NCBI GenBank assembly: GCA_025350105.1
Contig: JANXYJ010000176.1
Coordinates: 6,183 to 70,182 of the forward strand
Length of the DNA: 64,000 bases
Direction: 5' to 3'
Source: Terriglobia bacterium
Lineage (GTDB): Bacteria > Acidobacteriota > Terriglobia > Bryobacterales > Bryobacteraceae
Positions 1 to 8,721 of this stretch are shown in pieces; position 1 is the first letter of the stretch, and each line of letters begins with the position of its first letter. Made by a program: the position numbers and the translations under genes. The notes under the pieces were generated by a model. The model was given only the letters and a program-made list of their open reading frames with translations, did no database searches and was not told the origin of the DNA.

Positions 1-63
1 GATCAGGTGAAGGCAGCGCTGTACATCGTCTTAACCTCAACCGAATATCAGGTAATCCACTAG
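1..63 (+). CDS. C-terminal fragment of a probable DUF1800-family protein (5' end outside window)
   Basis: Frame 1 is open from the window edge and reads DQVKAALYIVLTSTEYQVIH* (stop 61-63). It lies 28 nt upstream of a DUF1501 gene, the usual partner of DUF1800 genes. The family call rests on context only. Confidence 0.35.
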   Translation, partial: DQVKAALYIVLTSTEYQVIH

Positions 64-91
64 AACCGTCAGGAAACAAAGGAGCCATATT

Positions 92-1465
92 ATGTTTTCA
101 TTCAACCACGTCAATCGCCGCACATTTTTGCGCACCACGGCCGCCGCTGCCGGTTCTTTGGCACTCCGCCCGTTCGGTTTGATGCCAGCGCTGGCACAAA
201 GCGTTTCCGATTACCGCGCCCTGGTCTGTGTATTCCTGTTTGGTGGCAACGACTCCAATAACACCGTCATCCCCATGGACGACGCCAGTTACAAGGCCTA
301 CACATCCATCCGCGGAGGTCTGGCCCTCACCGGCACCGCATTGGCACCCACCATCACCGACGTCAATGGCGCGCCTTTCGCCTTCCACGCCAAACTCGCC
401 GAAGTCTCCGCCATGTTCGCGTCTCGTGAATTGGCGGTAGTAGCCAACGCCGGGCCCCTGGTGCAGCCGCTCACCCGCGCTCAATATCAAGCGCAACAGT
501 TGGCCATTCCATCCAATCTGTTTTCGCATTCCGATCAGCAGCAGCTCTGGCAAACCTCCATCGCCCAAGGCCGCAGCGCCACTGGCTGGGCCGGCCGCGT
601 TGCCGACTATGCCGCCGCGCAAAAGTGGAACACGTCCCCGTTCCCCACTTTCTTTTCCACCGCCGGCAATTCGCTCATGGGTAACGGAGCGCAAACCCAA
701 CCCGTCGCCGTTGCACCTGGTCAATCCCTGCAGATGACCGGCTTCAACAGCAGCGCCGCATCGCAGACCCGCTACAATGCGATGACCAGTTTGTTGACCC
801 TCGATAGCGGTGTTGCTCTCTCGCAAGCCGCTAATCACGTGCTTTCCAACAGCATTGTGGACGCTTCGCTGCTCACCAACGCACTGGCCAAAGCCACGGC
901 GCTAAAAACCGTATTCCCCACCACCAGCATCGGCAATCAATTGAAGCAAGTGGCCCAAGTGATCCAAGTGCACGCGGACCTCGGCATGAACCGCCAGATC
1001 TTCTTTGTTTCCCTGGGAGGCTTTGACACGCACGCGGGCCAAATCAATACCCAGGTGAATCTCTACGGACAACTCAGCGCCGCCCTCGCCGCCTTTCGCG
1101 ACGCCACTCATGAGTTGGTTCTGGCCCCCAACGTCACCGCGTTCACCGAATCTGATTTCGGCCGCACCTTCCAATCCACTTCGGGCGACGGCAGCGATCA
1201 CGCCTGGGGTTCCCACCATCTAGTGATGGGCGGCGCAGTGAAAGGCGGCCAGGTATTCGGCAAATTCCCCGCCTTCCAACTCGGCGGGCCCGACGACACC
1301 GACACTCGCGGCCGTTGGATTCCCACTACATCCGTTGACCAATACGGCGCCACGCTCGCTTCCTGGTTCGGGGTTCCCGATGCTGCCTTGCCGGGTATCC
1401 TTCCGAACTTAGCCAATTTCGCAACGCCCACTTCCCCCACCGGCAAGTTGGGATTCTTAGGGTAA
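92..1465 (+). CDS. DUF1501 domain-containing protein (Tat-signal, sulfatase-like)
   Basis: 457-aa ORF. It has an N-terminal twin-arginine signal (NRRTFLRTTAAAAGSLAL). The C-terminal DHAWGSHHLVMGGAVKGGQVFG block is typical of DUF1501. Confidence 0.8.
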   Translation: MFSFNHVNRRTFLRTTAAAAGSLALRPFGLMPALAQSVSDYRALVCVFLFGGNDSNNTVIPMDDASYKAYTSIRGGLALTGTALAPTITDVNGAPFAFHAKLAEVSAMFASRELAVVANAGPLVQPLTRAQYQAQQLAIPSNLFSHSDQQQLWQTSIAQGRSATGWAGRVADYAAAQKWNTSPFPTFFSTAGNSLMGNGAQTQPVAVAPGQSLQMTGFNSSAASQTRYNAMTSLLTLDSGVALSQAANHVLSNSIVDASLLTNALAKATALKTVFPTTSIGNQLKQVAQVIQVHADLGMNRQIFFVSLGGFDTHAGQINTQVNLYGQLSAALAAFRDATHELVLAPNVTAFTESDFGRTFQSTSGDGSDHAWGSHHLVMGGAVKGGQVFGKFPAFQLGGPDDTDTRGRWIPTTSVDQYGATLASWFGVPDAALPGILPNLANFATPTSPTGKLGFLG

Positions 1466-1497
1466 GCTCTAACCAGGTTAAGATCCAATCCGTCGCA

Positions 1498-1560
1498 ACG
1501 CGGATGAACGACGCGGATGAACGACGCGGATGAACAACGCGGATGAACGACGCGGATGAG
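1498..1560. repeat. 13-bp tandem repeat ACGCGGATGAACG, 4 full copies plus an 11-nt partial copy
   Basis: Read directly. Units start at 1498, 1511, 1524 (one G>A change), 1537 and 1550 (partial). The array is intergenic between the DUF1501 gene and pyk. Confidence 0.95.
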
Positions 1561-1588
1561 AAGATAAAGACAACCTCTTCTCATCCGC
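1552..1588 (+). promoter_or_regulatory. Perfect 12-bp stem with 13-nt loop, ending 3 nt before the pyk ATG
   Basis: GCGGATGAGAAG (1552-1563) is the exact reverse complement of CTTCTCATCCGC (1577-1588). The loop is ATAAAGACAACCT. The 5' arm is the last repeat copy. No U-tract follows and no Shine-Dalgarno is visible. Confidence 0.6.
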
Positions 1589-1591
1589 CAA

Positions 1592-3031
1592 ATGCGCAAC
1601 ACCAAAATCATCGCCACCGCCGGACCCGCCTCCAGCACGCCAGAAATCCTGCGAGCTTTACTCGAAGCCGGCGTCAATGTTTTTCGCATCAACGCATCCC
1701 ATGGCACTCACGCCGATCACCTGGAACGCATTCGGGAAATTCGTAGACAGGCAGCGGCACTCGGTGTTTGGCCGGGCATATTATTAGACCTCCAGGGCCC
1801 CAAAATCCGCCTCGGCCTGTTTGCAAATGGTCAGGCTTCGCTTGCCACGGGAGACCAATTCGTCATCACCGTCGAACCCGTCACCGGCACTGCGCAACTT
1901 GCCTGCACCACCTACACGGAATTCGCGAAAGATGTAGTCGCCGGCAATCGGGTCCTGCTCGCCGACGGTGCCGTTGAATTGCGAGCCTTAAATACCAACG
2001 GGACCGAAGTCACTTTCCACGTCGTCTCCGGAGGCGTCATCAAAGACCATCAGGGCATCAACCTCCCTGGCGTCCGCGTCAGCATTCCGTCCATGACCGA
2101 AAAAGACTGCGCTGATCTCGACTTTGGCTTTGATAACGACGTCGATATGATCGCCCTGTCTTTCGTACGCTCGGCAGCGGACGTTGATGGTCTCCGCAAG
2201 CGCCTGTACGCCCGCGGCAAAAACCTCCCCATCATCGCTAAAATCGAAAAGCCGGAAGCTCTCGATCACCTGGAAGAAATTCTCTCCGCTTGCGACGGTG
2301 TCATGGTCGCCCGCGGCGATCTTGGCGTCGAGCTTGACCTGCCCCGCGTCCCCGGAATTCAGAAGACCATCATCGAACGCGCCCGCATGCGCGGCAAGTT
2401 CGTGATCACCGCAACGCAAATGCTGGAAAGTATGATCGTCAACGCCGCGCCCACCCGCGCCGAAGTCAGCGACGTCGCCAACGCCATATTCGACGGCACC
2501 GACGCCGTGATGCTCTCCGGCGAAACCGCCGCTGGAAAATATCCCGTCGAGGCGGTCCGCATGATGGCCGACATCGCCCTGGAGGCCGAGCGCTGTTTGC
2601 AGGCCCGTTCCTTCCCCGAACCGCCTTTACCCCCCAAACCAACGCACGCCCAAATTGTTTGCGAAGCTGCCTATCGCGCAGGCCTGGCTGCCGGCGTCAA
2701 AGCCATCGCCGCCTTCACGGCCTCCGGCGACACGCCAAGACTGATTGCCCGTTACCGCCCGCACGTGCCTATTTACGCCTTTTGCGAAACCGCTTGGGTT
2801 GCGCGTTCTCTATCTCCCATTTATGGCGTCCACACCATCGCCCCCGTCAAAGTGGAATCAATAGATGAAATGCTGCAAACCGCCGACCTAAAATTGCTCG
2901 GCGAAGCCTGGTCGCAAATCGGTGACGACGTCATCCTGGTCGGCGGCACGCCCTTCGGCAAACCAGGCAGCGCCAACACGCTGAAGCTGCACCGGGTGGG
3001 TGAAGTGGGGTTTCAGGCGTCCCTGGAGTAG
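1592..3031 (+). CDS. pyk: pyruvate kinase
   Basis: 479 aa. The N-terminus MRNTKIIATAGPAS is typical. Other blocks are MVARGDLGVE and the C-terminal allosteric domain. Confidence 0.95.
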   Translation: MRNTKIIATAGPASSTPEILRALLEAGVNVFRINASHGTHADHLERIREIRRQAAALGVWPGILLDLQGPKIRLGLFANGQASLATGDQFVITVEPVTGTAQLACTTYTEFAKDVVAGNRVLLADGAVELRALNTNGTEVTFHVVSGGVIKDHQGINLPGVRVSIPSMTEKDCADLDFGFDNDVDMIALSFVRSAADVDGLRKRLYARGKNLPIIAKIEKPEALDHLEEILSACDGVMVARGDLGVELDLPRVPGIQKTIIERARMRGKFVITATQMLESMIVNAAPTRAEVSDVANAIFDGTDAVMLSGETAAGKYPVEAVRMMADIALEAERCLQARSFPEPPLPPKPTHAQIVCEAAYRAGLAAGVKAIAAFTASGDTPRLIARYRPHVPIYAFCETAWVARSLSPIYGVHTIAPVKVESIDEMLQTADLKLLGEAWSQIGDDVILVGGTPFGKPGSANTLKLHRVGEVGFQASLE

Positions 3032-3035
3032 CCCG

Positions 3036-3419
3036 TCATTTCACCCTATACGCTACGCAATCCATCCCCACTCGCATCTCCGGCCGAAAAAACTTTCCCT
3101 CCACGGTGGTTCGAGCGGGCTTGATATTTCCGAAAAACTCCGCGTAAATTTCGTTCATCTTCGGGAACTCGCTGACGTCCAGCAGAAACACCGAACACTG
3201 GACCACGTCATTGAGAGTCGCGCCACAACTGGCCAAGACTTTTTGCAAATTGAGGATCGTCTGCCGGGTTTGCTGCTGTACGTCGCCGAAGGAATATTGG
3301 TCGTTCTCGTCCACCGGCCCAACCGCGCTGACGAAAATAAGATTGCCGGCACGGACGGCGGATGAGTACGGCCCACGTGGCGTGGGCGCGCCTTGGTGAA
3401 GTATGCGTTCGATAGACAT
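3036..3419 (-). CDS. RidA/YjgF family reactive-intermediate deaminase
   Basis: 127 aa. RGPYSSAVRAGNLIFVSAVGP and ARTTVE motifs are typical of YjgF/RidA. Confidence 0.85.
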   Translation of the reverse strand: MSIERILHQGAPTPRGPYSSAVRAGNLIFVSAVGPVDENDQYSFGDVQQQTRQTILNLQKVLASCGATLNDVVQCSVFLLDVSEFPKMNEIYAEFFGNIKPARTTVEGKFFRPEMRVGMDCVAYRVK

Positions 3420-3438
3420 ATTCAGACCAGCTTAACCG

Positions 3439-3471
3439 GAAAACAAAAAGGAGGCGGCCAAAGCCGCCTCC
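3439..3471 (-). terminator. Rho-independent terminator downstream of the NYN-domain gene
   Basis: The minus strand reads GGAGGCGGC-UUUG-GCCGCCUCC (perfect 9-bp stem) followed by UUUUUGUUUUCC. It starts 21 nt after the stop at 3492. Confidence 0.75.
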
Positions 3472-3491
3472 CCAAAACAAATCGGTAGTCG

Positions 3492-4976
3492 CTAATCGCC
3501 TTTTTTGGTCCTGCGCGGTTGACGTCTTTGCCCTCCGCCTCCGCCACCACCCCCACCGGGCGGCTTGGTGGTTCGCTTCCGGGCTGGCGCCTTCTTCGCC
3601 TTCACGGGCGGAGGATTCGGCTCGAAAATTGTCGGCTGCCCTTCCACATACGGCTGAGGCTCATTGTCTTCCTCATAGTCATCATGAATCGGAACGTGTT
3701 CCACATGACCCGTTGAATGTGACGAATGCGGAGGATGTACGGCATGCACCGGCTCCGGCGCTGCAACAACCGGTTCGGCCGGCGGATAAAATTCCGCGCC
3801 CAAATACACCAGCATGATGCCCTCTTCTTCATGCGGCTCCATGCGCACCACCGTCTTATCCTGCGCGTAGTTCATGAACTCCGTGAAGGCCTGGAATCCG
3901 TACGCTGCCGGATCCAAATTCGGCTGCTCAGCCTTAAACCACGCCGCCAAATCATCCACCGGACAACCATTTTCGATTTCCAGACGATGATTCTCCAGCA
4001 CATCACGAAGCGGCGTCAGCAAATCTTCCTGCTTCAGAGACGGATGCTCCGGCGACGACGACGTTCCCTTCCGCTCGATCACATACCGCCCGCCCGAGCC
4101 CGAAACGTTCACCAAATCGCCGCGCTTTAATTTCTCAACGAAATCTGAAAAACTTCCCGCGCCATACGCCCGTTCACTAAATGCCGAATCCAATTGCAGC
4201 ATGGTCGACTTCAACAACCCCAACTGCGGCTGCACCCCTCGGCGCTCCAGCACCTGCAACGCGCGCTCCACTAGTGGCATCGCCTGGTTCAAATCCAAAG
4301 GCGCCGGACGCTGCCGCCGATTGTCATTTCTATCTCCGCCACCGCCCCCGCTCTTCTCCGGACCCCGGTCTCCGCCCGTAGCGTTACCGCCACCAGCATT
4401 ACCACCGCCGCCACCGCTGCGCTGCTCGCCGCGCAAATCACTGCTGCGGCCTTCGCGCGATTGCTGTTGACGTTGCGGACGATTCTCCTGCGGCGCGCTC
4501 GCTGGCAGATCCAGAAATAGCGATTCGAAACTAATAAACTCGTTGCAATTTTGCTGCAGGATCGTCGAGGTAAACGCCTTGCCGCCCAGAATGAAAACCG
4601 TTTTGCCGTATTCTTTCAGCTTATTCACCAGCGGAATAAAATCGCTATCCCCGCTGACAATCGCGAACGCGTTCACATGCGTATGCGTGAAGGCCATCTC
4701 CAGCGCATCCAGCGCCAGGTTAATGTCCGCTCCATTCTTATCGCCGCGCGGCGAGGGAATCCGCTGCACCATTTGCACGGCATTTTCGGCCATCTGGCGC
4801 GTCGCCCCGTCCTGGCGTCCCCAATTCGCATAGGCGAATTTCGCTACCAGATCGCCGCGCTCCTTCAATGCTTCTAGCGCCAGCGAAACATCAAAATCCC
4901 GCCGCAGCGTCGATTTCAATCCAATTTCGATGTTGTCGTAATCGACGAACACCGCGATATTCAATTTCTCTTGCAT
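3492..4976 (-). CDS. NYN (LabA-like) nuclease domain protein with OST-HTH/LOTUS domain(s) and Gly/Arg-rich low-complexity segments
   Basis: 494 aa. The N-terminus NIAVFVDYDNIEIG...IVSGDSDFIPLV is NYN/LabA-like. The central segment LGLLKSTMLQLDSAFSERAYGAGSFSDFV is LOTUS-like. There are two G/R-rich tracts and a basic tail. Confidence 0.8.
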   Translation of the reverse strand: MQEKLNIAVFVDYDNIEIGLKSTLRRDFDVSLALEALKERGDLVAKFAYANWGRQDGATRQMAENAVQMVQRIPSPRGDKNGADINLALDALEMAFTHTHVNAFAIVSGDSDFIPLVNKLKEYGKTVFILGGKAFTSTILQQNCNEFISFESLFLDLPASAPQENRPQRQQQSREGRSSDLRGEQRSGGGGGNAGGGNATGGDRGPEKSGGGGGDRNDNRRQRPAPLDLNQAMPLVERALQVLERRGVQPQLGLLKSTMLQLDSAFSERAYGAGSFSDFVEKLKRGDLVNVSGSGGRYVIERKGTSSSPEHPSLKQEDLLTPLRDVLENHRLEIENGCPVDDLAAWFKAEQPNLDPAAYGFQAFTEFMNYAQDKTVVRMEPHEEEGIMLVYLGAEFYPPAEPVVAAPEPVHAVHPPHSSHSTGHVEHVPIHDDYEEDNEPQPYVEGQPTIFEPNPPPVKAKKAPARKRTTKPPGGGGGGGGGQRRQPRRTKKGD

Positions 4977-5039
4977 TCTTACTCCTGGCGCAGACGCTTT
5001 ACGCGGTCGGCGCCTATTCTCATTCTTTCGTTGTGACGG

Positions 5040-5522
5040 TCAGGCCGTCTGCCTTTTTACCGCTGTCTTGATGAATTCGACAATGGCATCCAAGGACGAG
5101 CCGGGTTGAAACACATGCGCCACACCACAGCGCTTGAGCGAAGCCGCGTCTTCATCGGGAATGATGCCACCCGCGATCACTACCACATCGGTCATATCTT
5201 TTTCCTTCAGCAACTCCATCACGCGAGGCACAATCGCATTGTGCGCTCCCGAGAGGATGGAAAGACCGATCACCTGCACATCTTCTTGGAGGGCAGCATT
5301 CACGATCATCTCCGGCGTCTGGCGTAGTCCAGTATAGACCACCTCCATGCCTGCATCCCGCAGCGCGCGGGCGATTACCTTTGCGCCACGGTCGTGTCCG
5401 TCCAGTCCTGGTTTTGCCACCAGAACCCGGATTCTTGCGTTTTGTCCTGAATCTTGCAACTCACTTCTCGAGCTGTGTCCCACGTCCGGTCCGGAGTCCA
5501 TTTGATTGCGGGTCCGTTTCAA
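5040..5522 (-). CDS. cobalamin (B12)-binding domain protein, methylmalonyl-CoA mutase small-subunit type
   Basis: 160 aa. The block [34 protein letters not shown] contains the DxHxxG B12-binding signature. It continues GLSILSGAH. Confidence 0.85.
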   Translation of the reverse strand: MKRTRNQMDSGPDVGHSSRSELQDSGQNARIRVLVAKPGLDGHDRGAKVIARALRDAGMEVVYTGLRQTPEMIVNAALQEDVQVIGLSILSGAHNAIVPRVMELLKEKDMTDVVVIAGGIIPDEDAASLKRCGVAHVFQPGSSLDAIVEFIKTAVKRQTA

Positions 5523-5892
5523 GAGAACCTTACCGAGAGTCCGTTTTGGTTCCAGACTAGCGGCACGATTCCCTTTAAAATGCTCTTTCAGCCAACTCTT
5601 TCAGTTAAAGCCAGTTAAAGAAACCAAAATAAAGAAAGGTTGCGCCGCTTTCGCTCTCCCGGCAAGCGCGGTGCATCCATTCCGATTATAGAACGGAACC
5701 GACCACAGAATTAAGCCTGTGCGATTACGACCCGGGCCTGGGATCAAAGTCAACGCCGCCCCCGCCGGCTTTTACCATAGCGCTCACTAAAACTATTTTC
5801 GGGCAATCCGATAAGCGCTAGTGGGACGTAGTCCAGATTGTGAGCACCGACCCAACCATTGGCGCAGGGCCATATTTTAACGGAGCGAAGCC

Positions 5893-6012
5893 GTGATCGC
5901 CGGCGCGCTCGTGCTCGGCTTTGTCATCGCTTCACTGCTGCTGGAGACCCTTGTCGCGGGGCCACAAGAAAGCGGCGGATCTTCAACCGACCAGGAAACC
6001 GGACAACAATAG
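5893..6012 (+). CDS. candidate 39-aa small membrane protein (unsupported by homology)
   Basis: GTG start with GGAG 7 nt upstream. It encodes VIAGALVLGFVIASLLLETLVAG (one TM helix) followed by the polar tail PQESGGSSTDQETGQQ. It sits in a 564-bp gap with no other call. Confidence 0.2.
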   Translation: MIAGALVLGFVIASLLLETLVAGPQESGGSSTDQETGQQ

Positions 6013-6086
6013 TCTGCCTCCGGACGGGCGAAGAACTGCGGCGTTTGGCGTTGTCGATATGAGTTGTTGCTACCATAAGAGTTTCC

Positions 6087-7259
6087 ATGTTCCGCTTTGA
6101 AACCGCAGGCGAATCTCATGGCGAGTGTCTGGTGGCAACATTAACCGGTCTACCCGCCGGAGTTCCCATTTCCCTAAAAGCAATTGACCGTGAATTGTGG
6201 CGCCGCCAGCAAGGATTTGGCCGCGGCGGCCGGATGAAGATCGAGACCGATCAGGCGCATATTGTGAGTGGCGTGCGGCACTCGCAGACCATCGGCTCGC
6301 CGATTGCAATCTTGATCGAAAACAAAGATTGGAAGAATTGGACGGAAATCCTTCCCGTAGAACAACTGGCGGAAGGTGCAGGAAAAAACAAGCCCCTGAC
6401 ACGGCCGCGTCCGGGTCACGCGGATTTGGCCGGGGCAATCAAGTACAACTTTCACGACGCCCGTTACATTCTGGAGCGGGCCAGTGCACGGGAAACCACG
6501 GCAAGAGTGGCCGTAGGCGCCATTGCGAAGGCCTATCTAAAAGAATTTGGCATCGATGTACTTAGCCATGTAATTGGCGTGGGCGAAGTAAAACTGCAGC
6601 GCAACGCCACTTGGGACGAGTTGATTGCCTTGAGTGAACGCGAAGACGTGCTGCTGGGCTGCGTGGATCCTGAAGTGGAGCAGCGGATGAAAGCGGTAGT
6701 CGACGAAGCATACAAGACCGGCGACACGGTGGGCGGTGTGTTTGAAGTGGTTGTGCGCGGAGTACCGCCGGGACTGGGCTCGCACATTTCCTGGGATTCT
6801 CGCTTAGACGGCAAGCTGGCGCAAGCAATTGTTTCCATGCAGGCGGTGAAGGGCGTGGAAGTAGGTTTCGCGGCGGAAGGCGCGGCGGCGTTTGGATCAA
6901 AGGTACAGGACACCATTGGCTACGACCGCGAAGAACACAAATTTACTCGCGGCGCCAATCGAGCTGGTGGCTTGGAAGGCGGCATGACCAACGGACAGGA
7001 TATCCTGGTTCGCGGCATGCTGAAGCCGATTTCCACCCTGCGGCGTCCGCTGGAAAGCGTGGACTTGGGAACACGCGACTCAGCGCCGGCGGCATATGAA
7101 CGCAGTGACGTGGCCGTGGTGCCGGCTGCCGGGGTGATTGGCGAGGCGATGGTTGCGTTGGTGCTGGCCGCAGCGATGAACGAAAAATTTGGCGGCGATT
7201 CGCTGCTGGAAGCCAAACGCAATTACGATAATTATTTGGAACAGGTGAAGAACTTCTGA
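6087..7259 (+). CDS. aroC: chorismate synthase
   Basis: 390 aa. The N-terminus is MFRFETAGESHGECLV. RPGHAD and GGMTNG motifs are present. Confidence 0.95.
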   Translation: MFRFETAGESHGECLVATLTGLPAGVPISLKAIDRELWRRQQGFGRGGRMKIETDQAHIVSGVRHSQTIGSPIAILIENKDWKNWTEILPVEQLAEGAGKNKPLTRPRPGHADLAGAIKYNFHDARYILERASARETTARVAVGAIAKAYLKEFGIDVLSHVIGVGEVKLQRNATWDELIALSEREDVLLGCVDPEVEQRMKAVVDEAYKTGDTVGGVFEVVVRGVPPGLGSHISWDSRLDGKLAQAIVSMQAVKGVEVGFAAEGAAAFGSKVQDTIGYDREEHKFTRGANRAGGLEGGMTNGQDILVRGMLKPISTLRRPLESVDLGTRDSAPAAYERSDVAVVPAAGVIGEAMVALVLAAAMNEKFGGDSLLEAKRNYDNYLEQVKNF

Positions 7260-7774
7260 TGGTCTATCCGATTGTGAAGTACGGGCATCCCGTGCTGGAA
7301 AAAAGAGGCGAAGACGTTGCGGACTTTGACAGCCCGGAATTACATAAGCTGATCGAAGACATGTTCGAGTCTATGTATGCGGCCAAGGGTGTGGGACTGG
7401 CTGCGCCACAGATCGGTATTGGCAAACGCCTGGCGGTGATTGACACGACAACTGGTGAAGACCCGGGGCAGAAGATCGTCCTGATCAATCCGGAAATTAT
7501 CGCGAGTGCAGGTTCGCAAAAAAGCGAAGAAGGCTGTTTGAGTATCCCGACGTTTCGCGAACAAGTAACGCGTCCCAACAAAGTCACGGTGCGCGCGCAG
7601 GACGTCGGCGGCAAGTTCTTTGAGATGACCGGCGAAGATCTTCTGGCCCGCGCATTCATGCACGAAACCGACCATTTGAACGGCAAGCTTTACATCGGGC
7701 ACATTAGCGCGCTGAAGCGAGACCTGATTCGCCGCCGCATTCGCAAATTGCAAAAAGCGGGCGAGTGGGATTAG
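7259..7774 (+). CDS. def: peptide deformylase
   Basis: 171 aa. The three PDF motifs are present: GVGLAAPQIG, EGCLSIP and HETDHLNG. The start overlaps the aroC stop. Confidence 0.95.
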   Translation: MVYPIVKYGHPVLEKRGEDVADFDSPELHKLIEDMFESMYAAKGVGLAAPQIGIGKRLAVIDTTTGEDPGQKIVLINPEIIASAGSQKSEEGCLSIPTFREQVTRPNKVTVRAQDVGGKFFEMTGEDLLARAFMHETDHLNGKLYIGHISALKRDLIRRRIRKLQKAGEWD

Positions 7775-7788
7775 TGTAGGCGAAAGAC

Positions 7789-8721
7789 ATGAAGGTAGTG
7801 TTCATGGGTACGCCAGCGTTTGCGGTGCCCACGCTCGAAAGGCTGGTTGAAACAGGGCACGACGTGCTTGCCGTCTTCACGCAACCTGATCGTCCTAAAG
7901 GCCGCGGCCAACAAACCGGCATGCCTGCGGTGAAAGAGGCGGCGCTGAGCCTGGGGCTGCCGGTTCACCAACCGGAACGAGTTCGACATCCCGAAGTGAT
8001 GGAGCAACTGATTGCGATGGCGCCCGAGGTGATGGTGGTGGTTGGATATGGGCAAATCATCCCCAAGCCAATTTTGGACATTCCGCCGCGGGGGATCATT
8101 AACGTCCACGCCTCCCTGCTCCCGCGCTATCGCGGCGCGGCGCCGATTCAGTGGGCCATTGCGAATGGCGAAACGCGAACCGGCGTTACCACGATGCGTA
8201 TCAATGAAGGTCTGGACACGGGCGATATGCTACTGCAGTGGGAGACGGGGATTGGTCCCGAGGAAACCGCGCCTTCCCTTGGGCTGAGGCTGGCCTCGGC
8301 GGGAGCGGACTTGTTAATTCAAACGCTGGATCAACTGGAAAGCATGGTGCCAGTGAAACAGAACGATTCGCTGGCAACGTATGCTCCAATTCTAAAAAAA
8401 GATGACGGCAAGATCGATTGGCGTTTGCCGCCGGAGGTGATTTTGAATCGTATTCGAGGCTTCGATCCCTGGCCCGGTGGTTATGGCTTTCTGCGCGGTC
8501 AGCGTTTTCAAATCTGGAAGGCAGTGGTGGGTGATGAGCGCATGGCGTCCGGCACACTTCGCGCCGTAGGCAAAAAGCTGTATGTTGGTTGCGGCGCCGG
8601 ACAATCGAGCAAAGGCGAGTCGCTGGAATTGCGCGAGGTTCAATTGGAAGGCAAAAAGAGAATGCCTGCGGGCATTTTTGTGAATGGACTTGCGCTGGTT
8701 GGAGATGAAGAATTGCAATGA
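7789..8721 (+). CDS. fmt: methionyl-tRNA formyltransferase
   Basis: 310 aa. Blocks are MKVVFMGTPAFAVP, INVHASLLPRYRGAAPIQ and the C-terminal Fmt domain. The def-fmt order is conserved. Confidence 0.95.
   Translation: MKVVFMGTPAFAVPTLERLVETGHDVLAVFTQPDRPKGRGQQTGMPAVKEAALSLGLPVHQPERVRHPEVMEQLIAMAPEVMVVVGYGQIIPKPILDIPPRGIINVHASLLPRYRGAAPIQWAIANGETRTGVTTMRINEGLDTGDMLLQWETGIGPEETAPSLGLRLASAGADLLIQTLDQLESMVPVKQNDSLATYAPILKKDDGKIDWRLPPEVILNRIRGFDPWPGGYGFLRGQRFQIWKAVVGDERMASGTLRAVGKKLYVGCGAGQSSKGESLELREVQLEGKKRMPAGIFVNGLALVGDEELQ

Noticed and set aside
1498-1560. Possible CRISPR array or minisatellite inside a gene
   Set aside because: The 13-bp units are contiguous with no spacers, far shorter than CRISPR repeats, and there are no cas genes. 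The 169-aa minus-strand ORF (1198-1707) and the 67-aa plus-strand ORF (1543-1746) crossing it overlap real genes and read as repeat-driven artefacts.
5523-5900. Cobalamin riboswitch upstream of the B12-binding domain gene
   Set aside because: I read the minus strand and found no B12 box (GCCACUG-type) and no GGUG..AAUCC core blocks.
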